A stretch of 64,000 nucleotides of DNA, from contig CM082577.2 of assembly GCA_040954595.2 (NCBI GenBank), positions 2,604,001 to 2,668,000 on the forward strand, written 5' to 3'. This document shows, piece after piece, positions 11,901-26,600 of this stretch. The notes below the pieces were generated by a model. It saw nothing but the letters and a program-made list of their open reading frames with translations. It was not told the DNA's origin and did not search any database. This stretch comes from Balanoglossus misakiensis (taxonomy: Eukaryota > Animalia > Hemichordata). A program made the translations under genes and the position numbers. The stretch's first letter is position 1. Every line of letters begins with the position of its first letter.

Positions 11901-14900
11901 ATGGACGGTGACGGCAATCATAATTTGACGCCTTGTATATCTTGTAAATAGTTTTACCAAAAATTAATCCATATTAGACAAATTTTAGGGCGAGCGTGAA
12001 AAATGTATCGGTATCTTTCGAGTCGTTGATTATCTTCAATACCTGAGTTAGTTAGTATGAAGCGTATTTCAAACTCATGGTATCGGCTACACACGATCCA
12101 TGGACCGGCTGGCTATTCCCATCACGAGCGAAGTACTTGCATTTGAATGGCCTGGGAGATTACTCCGAAGTCTGAGCCCCACGTGTACATTTTGAACAAA
12201 TCAGTCAATCAGTCTGGACTGTGAATGTTTCTGAATAAACACTTCAGTTTATTCAGACACTTCAGTTTATTCAGACGGTGAGTGTCAAAATATTAGCGTG
12301 TGTGTACAGACACGCAACCCTTTCAACAAAGAAAACTATAAAGTCGACAGCTAAGAGGGGATCATAAACCTACTTTCGATGACATTTTCCTCAAAAGGTG
12401 TTTTTATTCTGCAGCTAGCAATGTGCATTGTGTATGAATCACTATAACCGCACGACAGAAGCCTAAAACGAAACACACTGACGGCCTTCCTGGGCACCGT
12501 GCAAAACGGTATGGTTTCAACTTTCGCCGTCTGCACGCTAAGTAAAACCTACGGCGCCCGTCGTTAAGCCACCGGTGTGCCTGCATACTTCAATATTTAT
12601 TCAATCTCCGATCAATAGCCTTAAATTAGGCCACACAGAAAATATTCCGCACAGTTGACATTAAATACCATTTTAAATATATTACTATTCGATTTCACGC
12701 AGGCGTGTCCGTAATGCTTGTGCATGGGGACGCCTTTATGTCAGGCAAACCACGGACTGTAATCTCCTTTCGCACAAAATATCACATTAAACATTAAAGA
12801 GAAATTTTACATTGAAATTTCACACATTTTATCGAGATCGATGATAGGCGTGTCTCATTACCCCATACAGTAGTTATTCCTAGGTCAGTCACCGAAGTAG
12901 AAATTCTGGACCGTGAAGCAGTTGGTATCGTGGACATTTCCAGAGAATGGCGAGTATGGGTTGCTTTTAAAGGCTATGTAGTATATCTGACGAACACGGT
13001 ATCCAATCTGATCTAATGATATCGTACTGTGCTAATTTCACTCGAATCTGCTGACAGTCAGTCGCTGATAAAATAAAATAAAATTGGATCGCAGGAAGGA
13101 GACGCCACGGTCTCCCAATATGTCTTATCTATAGCCACCCAGCAGGTTTAACAAATTGTCTTTATCGTTCTTGCATGCTTTAATAATTCATCATTTCGGG
13201 CGAAAGGAATGAGGCTCGGGTGTTGCCATAGCAACCGACCCCCTCAAGCCCCTCATTTAAAGCGAAACGATCCTGCGTATAGCCAGATAATGAATCTGCT
13301 ACCAGTGCGCGCCCCCGACAAATTTCTGTTCGCATATTCTAGTTCTTGCAAAATGAGAAGGCCAAGGTTTTCACGCCGACGAAAATGGCGGACATAAACG
13401 GATATTTTTAGTCAGTAAGTAAATGACAAATCTCGCGAGATCTTGACGTATAAGTCGGTAATAGTCGTCAAGGCGGGAATAATATCCTTCCTTTAAATAA
13501 ATTTATTCATAACGATTTATTTTTCACGACAAAAAGACAGATAAAGTGAACAGGCTGCAGGCCGCCATGCGTGATAACATCGTTTTGAGCTCAGGCGGCA
13601 TGAAAAGGCGGGAGAAAATTTTGCTGAGTTTGTTATCTCCACGATAAGCTTGTTACACGAGAGAAAGTTATTTTTAACCGCTTAATGCAGGAAAGGGTTG
13701 TTATCAGCTCTGTAATTTCACGAGTCCGCAACTGGTACATATAGCCTATGCGCACTTCCTGAAATCACTGAGGAAGAGTTTATCATGCGAGACTGCCGGA
13801 GTTCTCCCATATATCAGTTCGTCAGAGCACCTGACCGACAGCCCCTTCATCGCTCGTCGAAACAACGCGACATGTGACAAGAACCTCCCGTTCTATCTTT
13901 TCTGTCTACGGCTCTTTTATTTTCTCGTGTGCTTCTGTTTTGTTTGTTCAGCAACTTTTTTGCGTGACTTGCAATTAAAGGGACAAAGTCTCTCTCTCGT
14001 TGCCCTTTTTTCCATTAATTATATTAGATACAAGACACCGTTTGTTATTCTACATGTGGATATATAGCGAATGAACGTTCAACCACACACAACTTCCATC
14101 CCTCTTATAGACAGGAGAGTGAAAAAACTCGCCAAAATGAATAATCGTTCTTTACCATTTATTCATTTTGGGCGAGTTTTTACTCTCATATCATACAAGT
14201 GGGATGGAAGTTTTGTGTGGTTGACCATTGATTCACTATATATCCACGTGGTGTCTTGTATCAAACATAATTAATGGAAAAGGGGCAGCGAGAGAGAGAC
14301 TTTGTCCCTTTAATAATTCAACCGAAACTCATGCCTACATCATATACCTTCATTAACCTGTTGAAATGGCTGTTACTTGATGTTCCAACAAGCTTCACGC
14401 ACATGCCAAGAAACTGAAATGGACTATATGGAAGAAATTGAAAATATGATTCCAATAAATATCATCGACCTTGCTCTTTCTACTGCGTACAAGATCATTC
14501 TGACAAGGAGACGTCCGTTCGACTGACAACCGAGCCGTCGTCTGCATCACGCATCGCCGCCACTCTCTCTGTTTGGAGTTGACCACCTCGGCGACCGCGG
14601 CACTGCAAATTATGACAACCTGTCAAGTTTGATTCGTCTCTCTTTGTTAAAGTCTCACGCTCCTAATCTGTAAAATGGTTTCCGATAATCAGCAGCAAAT
14701 TTGATCTCGCAGAGATGTCTCCGGTATAGACAGTCTATGGTTTAACATGTCACGTATTTTGATATTTTTAACGCTGTCGCAATCACAGCGGTTGCGCGGT
14801 TCAAGCGTGTTTTTCATTCTGCTTGAGTCGGTCACTCACAACACAGCACATTCACTGATCAACCGGCTGTAAACTGGGAGTAAAACGCTCGAACGCACGA

Positions 14901-17900
14901 CTAGTGAACAAATACTACGGCAGAGTACAAAATTCTGACGATTTACTTGTATACAGAACCCTTTACATGAGGCTTTGATATAGAGAAATTCAATATGCAC
15001 ATTCTCTGCACCAATGTCTGTTACACTGGCCAAACTGAAAGTTGAACAGCAGGTTTCAGTTGATACGGAGATCGTTACAATAACTGTTTACGGTATATGC
15101 CCGAAGCAGATCTGAAGTACACCATAGAACTTCCTACAACAAGCCAACGTTTCACTGTGAAGCATTTATATCCAAATCATCTGATCGAATTGCCACGGTT
15201 GCCATGGTATAACTACCAAATGGAACATTTTCTGCATACCTCTTATCTCTTAACGACTGCTTGTACATCGATGAGTTTACATCTTCGCACGTTAATGTCA
15301 GCTTTGCCACCGGGCTGTGATATTAGGTGTATGCGCGCAGTCAGAAAGGTCAAAGGAACGGCGATAATGTATGCAAAACTTAATATGCAAATTATTGTGC
15401 AAAGGATAAAGGCCACGACCCCACTAAAACACAAGGTTTGAACTGGTATTTCCATGCCAGGAACCCACTACTTTTATTGCAACACTGTTAATTTCAAGAA
15501 AATGGCGTAGGTGCTAAATTGCTAACTAGATGGTCGACAACAGCCAAAGAATTTCATTTACAAGAATCTCGCGGATGACCACGTGACACACCTCGCAGTC
15601 CGAAGATATATGCGGTACACGTTACACGCGAAACTAATGACAAGAATACTGAAGTAGAATCCATTAGCATCCGGGCACATCGCTGTGCCAGGCACGCACT
15701 CGGTACAGATCTTTCAAATTCCGAGCGTATGGACAGGGTACCTTCGCATTAAGAAAACGATACTTTATGCAAAACGACCTGTCACCTACTGACTGAACCA
15801 TTCAGTCAAACGTGAACGAACAACGTTGTAAACCTTTATCAGACTGACAGGTGACAACGCAGCCCATTTGCGTGTAAACTGGCAATTTTCAATATATTCA
15901 ACAACTTCTTTGGCTCCTAAAACGCGCCAGGGTTTACGCACAAAACACTAACTGTACAGTCTGACGCTCTCAAGAGACGATAACGTAAGCAGGCAGGCAC
16001 GGTAGGCATCGAGTATTGTAAATCCCTGACCCTAAGTCTACAGTATCGGTCAGATGACCCACCAGTCGCCACACAGACGTGATATCAGCGAACAAGGTTG
16101 GGTTTCTTTCCTGGGAGGCACGAATAGGAGGGGATGTCTAAATGTTACACTCCTTGTGTGATAGTCAACATCATGGTGGCCGATTTCGAACACCTTCGTT
16201 GCTTAGTCTTGTGTGGAGTGACCACATGGTCTTACATGTAATGTGTTGTTTGTTACAAAATGCTCAATCGCCAGAAAAAATAATACACTATGAGGTTTCA
16301 ATGAGTAGCGAAAACATGTTTACTTCTGTAGCTCTATACACCTACATTCCCTATTTTACAACACATGTTTTGAAGTCGTTTGGCAATCACACATTTCAAC
16401 ATTCTTCCGGGAGCAGAACAGTTTAGGAGAGCACGTAATAAAATCTCGAAAATGTTTCAAAATACATTGAGGACATTTCATTGAAGTCCCTGGGGGACAT
16501 TTTGCAGTAAACCCATGTCGTTTGCATTTAATGTAATTTTAATATTCGACGTTGCTTATATGTACACGGTGACTTGTTACTTATGTGGATATAACCAAAG
16601 ACACCATGGACATTTGAAGGCGTATATAACCCAGTCACGGCTTTTCACTTGGCGCCACCCGAAAAAGTGCACCACCACAGCTGACCCCCGAACATGTAAA
16701 TCAAAATATCAGAGGTAAAACAACTCATACTTCTCACGTTTTACAAAAATGCCCGCGAGATAATTTAAACTTCTAAAGACCCGCTCGGTTTTCAATTTTC
16801 TCGCGAAAAAATGGTTAATACATGTAAACACGAAGCCGACACTATTGTACCCTCCGCTGCCATGGAAACATTAATGGATAAAGTGCGTCATTTTGTGTCT
16901 GAAAATAGCGAATTCTGCTCAGTGGATTTAGGCCAACTACAAAATATTAGCGTGGCTTCCGCGCCAATTTTGCTGCAGTGTAGTAGCATCACTGGTGACG
17001 TCAAGGATTTCAACGTATCCTGATACTATTCCGTTCCGGTGTAGGGGTGTGTGTTTGTGTGTACATACGAGCGCACATCGGCTTATTTTCATCGACGGTC
17101 AGCTGTTGTCTAGTGACATCAAGGGGCTGTATGCGCCATGCATCTTGGCACCTTCTGAGATATACCACCTGAATCACAGTCCCTGTGCCTGAGTCTACGC
17201 TTTACCTGTCATTAGGCCTACCTCCCCCTCAGTCTGTCTGTCTGTTTGGTCTTGTTTGTTTGTTTGTTTTACTATGTGCTGCCGCCCCACAACAACAAAC
17301 TTGACGATATACTAGTGTTGAACAACTGCAAACCGATTTTACTATCTTCGCCGACAGCAGCCCACCCCTATACTATCCATTCAACCGACCCACTGAAAGC
17401 TCTGCACCAGCAGAAAGTAATACCTGGCGACACGAGACAACTTGATGCACAAATCGCTTCATCAATAACATATGCCCTGGGGAGACGTGCGATTTCCTAA
17501 ACAACATCAATATTGCATGTCATAATCGTGCATATAACACGGCTGTGAGCACCGGCTCGCGACCATCACCGCCTAATGACGTCGTTATCCCAAGCCATAA
17601 ACACCGTGCATGCGGAGAATGAAGCGATTATATCTTTCTCTTTATCAGTAATTATGTTTGGCATGTCGACTTCTAGTGATTATTGCGCGCATAACATCGA
17701 CGAGAAAATGCCTTTTTGCCGATGGCGTGTTTCTTTACGTCTGTGCGCATTCGAAACTCGTACATACGTGCACTGAGCCCAGACCGTGACGTCACAAGGT
17801 CTTTTGCCGATGGCACATTATTATCAGGATTCTGTTTTTGAATTAATACTTAGCACAGCTTCATGACTTTGCCTGTCCAAACAGGCTACACACGCATTTC

Positions 17901-19435
17901 TGACGAACCAGGACAGTGTCCCACCGATGCTACGGTACACTTTTGATACTAAAACACAGGCGAAATATATTTTAAAGTTGGTAATATTTCGCTGTTTCTT
18001 TCGTTCATTTTCTTTCGCTGCCTTCTGCGTTGTCCCCGTGTATGGGTCGGACATTGCGCGAAACGTGCAACACTGGAAATCCTGTCTGTTGCTTGCCGCG
18101 GTATTTCTGGGGCGCGAACTGCTGCCGACAGCTGGTACCATTAATTAATATCACCCACAAAGTAAAATGCTCTTGAAAACATCGATCGCACTATATATAT
18201 TCCATCATGATACAGCACGTCGCATGCGTAGAACACACTGTACAGTGAGTGTGGTGGAAGAGTTGACATATCTATGCACCGAATTCATGCTTCATACATT
18301 TAGCAGGAAATATCGTTCCAATTTCGCTAATTCCAAAGGCTCAAAGGAACGCATCAAAAGTTTGTGTTGCCGGGCGACATATATGAAAAGTGAATATGAG
18401 CGCAGCTGCTTCTCGTCGGCCATATTTGGCGACCTACTTTTTTATTGGAATTTTACAATCAAACCTGCCGATACATGTCATGCACGAGCTCACGTACATG
18501 CACATGAAATTGCAAATTACTCGGACGGTAAAACCTCTTTGTAACATTTTCATAATGGGTAGAAAAACACGATCAAAACAGGCCGAGGATTTTGCAAGAA
18601 CGAAACGAATCCAGTAATGCTAGTATTATCGTGACATGTGCGCGAAATTTGGTGGGCTGTACTTTTTACACTACAAAACTTCTCACAAAAGGCGCCAAAA
18701 AGGTTTACCCAATTATTAAAAGAAACTCACCATCACGGTGCTTGATTTTATAGAGAAGGTCTGATATTTCTTTCACAGAAAAAAAAATATGCAGCATAGA
18801 GGGCATCAAAGGCACAGCAAAGTATCATTTTATCTCTTGGAGCCGAAATGTGCCTCTGAAATATAATAATAAATAATCGAGGCTACTGACGTCATCGATG
18901 GATTAAAGACGTCACCGAGTAAACCCACACAAAAATATCAAAATCTTCCATGTAACAGCAGTTAAGACGTTATTGCTATTATTGTATTTCAATAAGGAGA
19001 ATGTTGACTTATTTTCGACGACAGACAGATAGGTCGCTGACTTCTTTTGTTCAACATGAAAACAATTGGCGCCAATTGTGATGGAAAAATATTTGAGATC
19101 GTCACTCGTGGCCCTCACGAAAATGTCCTTGTGATTTCCGTCTTCGTGATCAGCAGTGTCTGGTAAATGTATTGGTTCACTTAAATAAATACCCCGTCGA
19201 TAATTCCAAGGTATATAATTATTTCCGGGGAAATTGGCAATTATCGTAATCCTGTCTTCTACAAAGTCATGTTAAGATCAGCGGCCCATGAGATGCGACT
19301 TGGTGACACGGCGCTGACCTCACATCTTCCAATTTTCTCAGATTTGAATTCTACTCATTAATAGCCTTTACCAACGTCCCAACAACATTCATTTGTGACA
19401 GAACATGCATCATCACCACCACCACCTCCACCACC

Positions 19436-19466
<31 letters not shown>

Positions 19467-21235
19467 CCACCATCATCATCATTTTTTAATTCAGCAATAG
19501 CGAGGAATGTTTTTATTTATCAGTGCATGTTTGTATAGTATTTACCTTTTACCCACTCGTTCTGTTATGAGTAACATTATCGCGAGCCAGAACCGACGCA
19601 AAAATCATGGCAACGCATTAGTTCAGTTGCCGTAAAGTGGGATGTAGTTTACGACGATGCTTAGCAATGGCTTCCAGTGAATCATCGACCCCATCGTCTG
19701 CTCGCACGGGTCGTTGGCTTGACGACAGTAAAAAGACAATGGTGGGCGAAGATGCATCAGCTCGGTCTACGATATTTTTGTCGCTAAGAAGAGTCCTTCC
19801 AAATGACGATCACTTAATTTTTCACGTCAACGTGACGCGCGCGCAAGTTTGTGTGGTCTTGTCAATTTACATAAATGTAATTTGTTGTGCGAAAACCGGA
19901 AAGAGTTGAGTTTCCTCCGCCCGTGTACGCCATTCAACTCTTTCCCCCGGACTATTTCGTCCACGCACACATTTTCACGGGGATCACACAAAAACGGAAA
20001 TTGTAAATGGAATGGTTTCCGTATCGTCATCGACCTAGAAAAATAACAACTTAGGCCTACTGTATCTTTCAGACCTATATCCGATAATTGAGTCGTGACC
20101 TGTTTAGGCCTAAATTCAGCACAAACCGAACGGAGTGACCTATAATTCTAGTCGTAAGCCTACTCCGGTGAATGACTTACTGTTTGCATTTTGAATTAAA
20201 AATATCCAGTTGTACAAATAATACGTTCAATATTAATTTTGAAATGATACAGGTAGGCTTACAGCTCGCTAAATAGTATGTCGTAAAACTGATGTAAAAT
20301 ATCTGTATTGTTCGATTCCTAGGCTTATATGTACTGCTTATACAGCTATACAGCTTAGTATTTTTAGCTGTAAGTGCAGATCATGTATCCTTTACATGTT
20401 TAATACTTTTATCAGTTTCGCGACATAATTTGTTTAGCAAGCTGTGAATAAAGTAGGCCTTTATTATAGGGTATGTGTGTCTCTGATCAACTGACGAAAT
20501 AACACGAACTTCTTTATCGCGCATTTTTCGCGTGCTGAAGCGATAGTGACATTTGACGCGGACATTTGGAATCTGTTACGTTCATATCTGAAAATAACAG
20601 TGACGGCTACGAGCACAACATCTATCAGAACGCATCCACGCGTACGTACGGCACATCACGTTGAGCACAAACTGGACATGCACCTAGGTACAGATGAAAA
20701 CAAGTCAACGTTCCGTTGCCCTCTCCCGAAACGTAACGTTGGCATATTAATATTAGGCTATATCCGCATGTCTTTCTTCCGTCAACGGTAAAGTCGTTGT
20801 TGTCAGGTAGGCACACCCGGGGTGTCATCTCCTGAAAATCGACAGAGAGAGGGAGGGAGGTAGCTGGCAACATGTACACACGGACAGACCTCCGCGGGCA
20901 CTTCACGCATGGGTTTATGCTAAGCCAGCTCATGTTTCACTGTGTTTACAGTTTCATTCGTCAACAGGTTTATGTTACGATCACTGTGAACACTTCGTAT
21001 TTTCACACAATCCCCCCCCCCCCCACCCCTCCTTACCTTGTCCAAATCCGAGTAGTTTGTCCGGATCGCAGACCCAGGTAGAGTTGATGTCCGCGTCGAG
21101 GCGCCCACACTGGACTGGCTGGAGCTGGGGGTTCGGGTAATTGTTCGCCAGCCAACCCTTGCTTGAGACCGACGTGATCAGAGCCCAGAACGCGAGTACT
21201 AGCAAGCCAGCTCTAGCTAGCGCTCTGTGGGCCAT
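5904..21235 (-). CDS. MOLO-1-like TPM-domain single-pass membrane protein, paralog A (4 exons: 21037-21235, 10123-10252, 6508-6625, 5904-6218; ~253 aa)
   Basis: Signal peptide, then WLANNYPNPQLQPVQCGR...WVCDPD (MOLO1 family motif), ADKLDNAL...CEC...YRVAIALA, ARDFAEDLRGQWFGLDGCQDNAVILYS and a C-terminal TM helix. All introns are GT-AG with compatible phases (1,2,0). Confidence 0.85.
13979..14309. mobile_element. MITE with ~45-bp TIRs and TTAA target duplication (Kolobok-like)
   Basis: TTAA|AGGGACAAAGTCTCTCTCTCGTTGCCC...GGGGCAGCGAGAGAGAGACTTTGTCCCT|TTAA. Confidence 0.75.
16455..16507 (+). repeat. Short interspersed repeat fragment, copy 1
   Basis: TTCAAAATACATTGAGGACATTTCATTGAAGTCCCTGGGGGACATTTTGCAG is near-identical to 23573-23624. 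Confidence 0.7.
19409..19482. repeat. (CAC/CAT)n microsatellite
   Basis: Direct tandem repeat. Confidence 0.9.
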
Positions 21236-23572
21236 ACAGTCCTCAACAATGGCGGAGTGGCAGGGAAATAACACTAATACTACTACTACCTCGCTACAGA
21301 ATCCATTTGTCGATGGTCCACAATTCTCATATATGCGCTACGGAGTCCGTCGAAACATTCTTCAATTAATTAAGTCCCAGCTGAGCCGATCCCGTTAGGA
21401 CACGTAGGCCTACACTCATCTGATCAATGTACACAAGGCCGCTAACGAACTGCAGTACGATATACGCCACACACAACAAGGTTAAATGCTTCGGTTCTAT
21501 AAATAAGCATTCGGCGCGATGCCCACTCGCGTGGTTACATCTTTTCAACTCGACACGGTATCTAGCCTGTGTCGTGTGAGAGCTCGATGCGGAACACACC
21601 CGCACTACGCGTCTTCACAGGCACACAACGCGATTGCCTGTTTGTGCCTTCGTCATACGAGTGTATGACGTAGTAACGTCAGCTCGCTTTCCCGCTCCTT
21701 TTCGCGCCGGAGAAATGGAAATAAAAGAGCAGTCCTCTCCTTACATCTTCGGCAACGCGACTAGAGTGGCGAATGCAGTGTTTCATCATATATATGCGTG
21801 TCACGCAGCAACAGGATACCGACCTTTGACCCCCTCACGATTGGATATCGGTATCCTCCAGCACACCCTTGTAAATAATAAACAAAACTGTTCGCCAGAC
21901 ATTGTAAAATGCTCATCATCTCATGCTTGTGTGTTGTAAGAGTTGACAAATGGCGTTATTGATATGTAAATATCCACCGACCTATAGGGCGATCGTGTTC
22001 GTGATTGGGAAATCATTAATGATGGGCCATCATTCATCTTGCTTGTCACGTAATGTGTATGAGAGAGAGAGGGGGAGAGAGGGGAGATGATAGAGAGGGG
22101 GCGACAGACACAGGAGAGAGAGAGAGAGAGAGAGAGCGACAGACACACAGAGAGACTATCATCACATACATTTAGATGAGATATAGATGCGCATCCTTAA
22201 GCCTTTGCATCCATCAACAGGTCGATGTAATATCGAAGTATACATGTATAGGCCTACGCACATAAAAATTGAGTAGTTCAGCCGATATGACGACATTGCA
22301 ACGGGCGCTTTACAGTGTCAGATAACGGGGTGTTTTCCAGCGCGATTTGTCCTCACCTTGACCCCATCTCCAGATTCCTTGGGTTGAAACATAAAACGTG
22401 CTGTAACGAGGAGACTCGGTAAGCAGAAATTCAAAGCTGCCTGGCTACAGGCGTGGCATCACAGAGACAAAAACATAACACATTTTCCTACGAACAGAAA
22501 TCAAGCTACATCATTATATTAAACGGTTCTTAATCGCTTTCCTTTATTCTCGTTTCTCGACCCTCCCTTCATTGGGCGCACTGACGTCGTACTCAGGAAA
22601 TTGCATTTTAATCGGTTGTTTTAACATGATCGCTATTAGAGAACGCAGCAACGTTAAAAACCTATTCTATCGCGGCCGCAATCCGCCCACACACGCATCA
22701 GGTGGATTACTTTACTGAAAAACAACATGACAGGTGGGGTTCAAAGAAAAAAACACAGTCTGAAATGATACGCCACGAAAGTGCAGAGCAAGCACAGATA
22801 GGTAAGTATGGCGAGAGAGAGACAGACAGACAGACAGATAGAGACAGAGAGCGTAATTACCATCACTGATATTCAGTGAAAGGACTTTAACTGGAATTGA
22901 TCAATTTATTTAACTGTACAGCAATCAACAGATGGACCAAATTCTGTTTTCACTGACGATTTTTCGTATTTGTTATTAAACAAACCGAAATAAGGTAAAC
23001 GGTGCACTTAAAGCTATTCCAGGCCTTCGTGCAAAATGGTTGGAACTGACCTAAACAGGCATATATTACAGTTGAGTAAACGTGAATGATACCTTAGTTA
23101 CCTTAATTGGTAACTACACTAATGAGTAAAAGTGGTGGAAGAGTAATAACGAACAAATGGCAGGATTTGGTGAAATTATATTTGGACTGTGGGGGCGCTG
23201 AAGCATTATACTGGATTACTGAACGTTGCATGCTTCACCGTAGCCCTCCAATTTCATCCTCGTGTTCTTGATTATGTATGCATGATTTAGATTTAGGTTA
23301 AATTTCGTGGAAGTACATTTAATAGAATTTGGTACGACACGGTAAGTTAATTTTGACGATTTGATTAAATTGTAAATTGTGGCTTTGCACGGACTCCAAT
23401 AAACCCTAAGGCTTACGAGTTAGGGACATCAACTTTTAGGAGAACGGATGGCAAGGTCTTTTCCCGTAAGGACAGTTTCAGGAACACCTACCGGCGGGTA
23501 ACAACACTTTATTTGCCGGAAATGACCGAGGCACAATTGTCATATGTTTATGAATTCGTTAATTCATAATAC

Positions 23573-23624
23573 TTCAAATTACATTGAGGACATTTCATTG
23601 AAGTCCCAGGGGGGACATTTTGCA
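23573..23624 (+). repeat. Short interspersed repeat fragment, copy 2 (just downstream of the MOLO-1-like B stop codon)
   Basis: Near-identical to 16455-16507. Confidence 0.7.
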
Positions 23625-23639
23625 GGACGGTTTTGTTTT

Positions 23640-26600
23640 TCAAAGACGTGTAGTTCTGCCTGGTCTGCCGGGTCCTGTGAGGGCAATCACGGTTTGTCGA
23701 CGACCCTGTCTGCCGTGACGGGGGACAATCTTGGTTGTGTACAGACGCCCCGGCGTCTGTATGCTGCGCCGGAATCCCATCGGCGCGCCGAGGGGAAACG
23801 TCATCTTCTTCTCGCCCTGACAGCGCCCGCTACGGAAGCAGAAAACCAGGACGCCGAAGGCGAAGAGGAGCACTCCGCCGAAGAACGCCAGCCCGATGGC
23901 GTTCTCGACTCTCGCTGTAACGGCGTCGTTGATGTTTTGAGCGACCTCCTGGATGACCCGTAATAACCCCCACTCGCAATTCTCCTCTTGAAAGAGTACC
24001 TGAGTGTTTTTGTAAATGGCCATGATTTCGTTACTCGTCAAAACTAGCCTGGTCATCCTACCGACAGATATGCACACCTGCGAAACAATCCAATATATGT
24101 ACCAGGTTACAACTAAGAACTAAAACCACAAGTATTTTCAGTACAGACACGCATATATTCCTATATAATGCCCTGGCGTATGTAACTGACATTATTGGCT
24201 GCCCAAACACAGTGGATAAATTATTTGGTCCAAACACATTCGTGTTTAATACCACGTCTAAGTTCTGAAATTCGCACCTAATATAACTGAATAAGCCATG
24301 TCACCAATAACTTTTAATTTAGAATTCACAAAAAGGATATTGTCTACATAGCCTTAAAACCTGGTCGTCTTCTTTGATGAAGAGAATCAGCACGTTATCG
24401 TCACAGCCGAGGTCCCGGAACCACTGCCTGCGAACATCTTTGGCAAATTCTCTGCTCGCTCTCTTGCTTGAAGAATGTGAACTGCAAGAGAACAGTCGTA
24501 GACATATTTTCCGACAAATCAACGAAACATGCCGAAGGAAATCCGAACTCTCTCAGACAGGTTAGAGAAGACATGGCACACACTGTCTAAAATGATTGTT
24601 TGGCTAGAGAAGATGTGGTCTACTATCTAGCCATCGCATGTTCGCTTTTCTTCCAAAACACAGCTGGATACTAGACTAGAGAAGATGGTGCCATACCTTG
24701 TGAAAGACTCTCTCATGTTTGCGATGACTGCCACCCCAAATCGGTACCCACCGAAACCGGAACATCGCCCCCTGTTGCGGCAGTGGCACCGAGTTCCGTT
24801 GTGCGCACGCTCCAGGGCTTCGTCTATCCTGTCGACTGAACAAATGCAACACGTGAATAGGGTAGCGAAAACCACAAGAACTTGTCTTGAAGATGATAAA
24901 TCGGTAACAAGCTTAGCAGGTCTGCTCTTTCATATCTGATGCCGGCAGACGAACGGACACTTGTACCAGTGAAACTGAACACGACATATACGATAATATA
25001 TTATGATTTATTTTATGTCAGAAACATGTCAGAAACTTGTCAGAAACTTACATCAGAAACATGGAGATGTAAGACCAATCTGACAAAAATCCGACGTACC
25101 AGGGGATGACAGAAAAAGGCAAAGGCCACAGAATTAGTCAGGCCTGAGAATCAGTCAAGCGACGCATCGAATATTAATAAGATGATCGAACTGGCGTTCT
25201 CATCACTGTGCAGAGAAGGAGAGTTCTCGGGCGAAAATGCAAGAATCTAATCGGTGAAGCCCTAATTCCGAGCACGATTCTCGTTCACATTCTGCGCGGG
25301 TAAACACCGTAAATTATCACAGGCACTTGAATCAATCAGCCTTTGGCCTCGGCTGACCTCTGTCAAACACAATAAAGACATGAGAACCGTCTCTTTAGCG
25401 TTTCACTTGACACTGTGACAGGTCTATTTCGCTCGGATCTCAGGTGGGTGAAGCGCATAATCAAGTCTCATGCATCACGCATTATTCCAGATTACAGGAA
25501 ATAAGCTTACTACGGGATTTCACGTGGTCCAAACATTTTCCATCAGTTTGAACCATTTGATGTTCAGGCTTGGAGAAAATTGTGTTTAGAAGCCATTCTT
25601 TCGATCGTGAAAGAAATTGTAATTCACTTATGTTACGTTTCTGTGTTCCCCCCTTTTTTGCAACTCCATAGACCACTGAAGCCAAAGTTCATCGAACGCA
25701 TCTCAGTAAAAAATCTAGCCTCAAAGGAAGCACTTTTTACGTTGCACTAAAAAGGCAAAAATGTTTATCACACTTCGTCAGAAACATTTTTTTTCTCGAA
25801 AAAATCCCTCACCCGTCTCCGGATATCAAATGGTCCACCACTTAGAGCGAAGAGAAGAATTTTATGTATCTGAACTATGTTGTCGCAACATGTATTTGAC
25901 GCGTATGACATCATTTTTGTCGTTCGGGGGAAAGGGGCCAGCTCTTCATCAGCTTATGCGCTTGCATTTCAAGGCCAGCTATGGTGCAAACCCGTATGCA
26001 CGTAATGGTATCAACCTACGAGTACTTGTTAAGTAATTGTAACCCTGGTCAACAGCAGTGTGGGACTATAACGTAATCATAACGCAGAACGCAGTTTACG
26101 AGATATCGCCGTGAAATCTTATATAATATCATAAAATTATAGTGTGGATATTCATTATTTCATCAAGACTTTCTCAGACTTTTACAGACAATCTAAAACA
26201 TGCTAAATACATGTACTTAGACTTTGGCGAATTCCATGCAAATGCACAGTTGATGGCCACTGCTGCAAGAAATATTGCACGCATGCGTCAACTGATTTGC
26301 GCCTACCAAATTCAGCTACCACCAAAGCAGACGCTTACTTCTATCCCAATTATCCCATTGGAAGTATTCATAAATAAAAGCGTAGATTTACAGGAAATGG
26401 ACCAACGCACGGCAATCTGTGGAACCCTGACCTAAAACACCCTATGGGCTGACTGCACTGTTATTGTTTAGTACACACGAACTCCAACCTGATTAAACTC
26501 AGCTGTGAAGATATCTAGCCGTCCGTGTTTACTTTCATTAGGGTCTTTGCTGTTCTCGTCTGTTGTTGTGGCTGCTCCAGCAGGAAATAGAGAACAGCAA

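Noticed and set aside
25013-25062. Short tandem (TGTCAGAAAC)-type repeat; a similar 18-bp duplication lies at 12238-12276
   Set aside because: Ordinary intronic slippage repeats with no sign of function.
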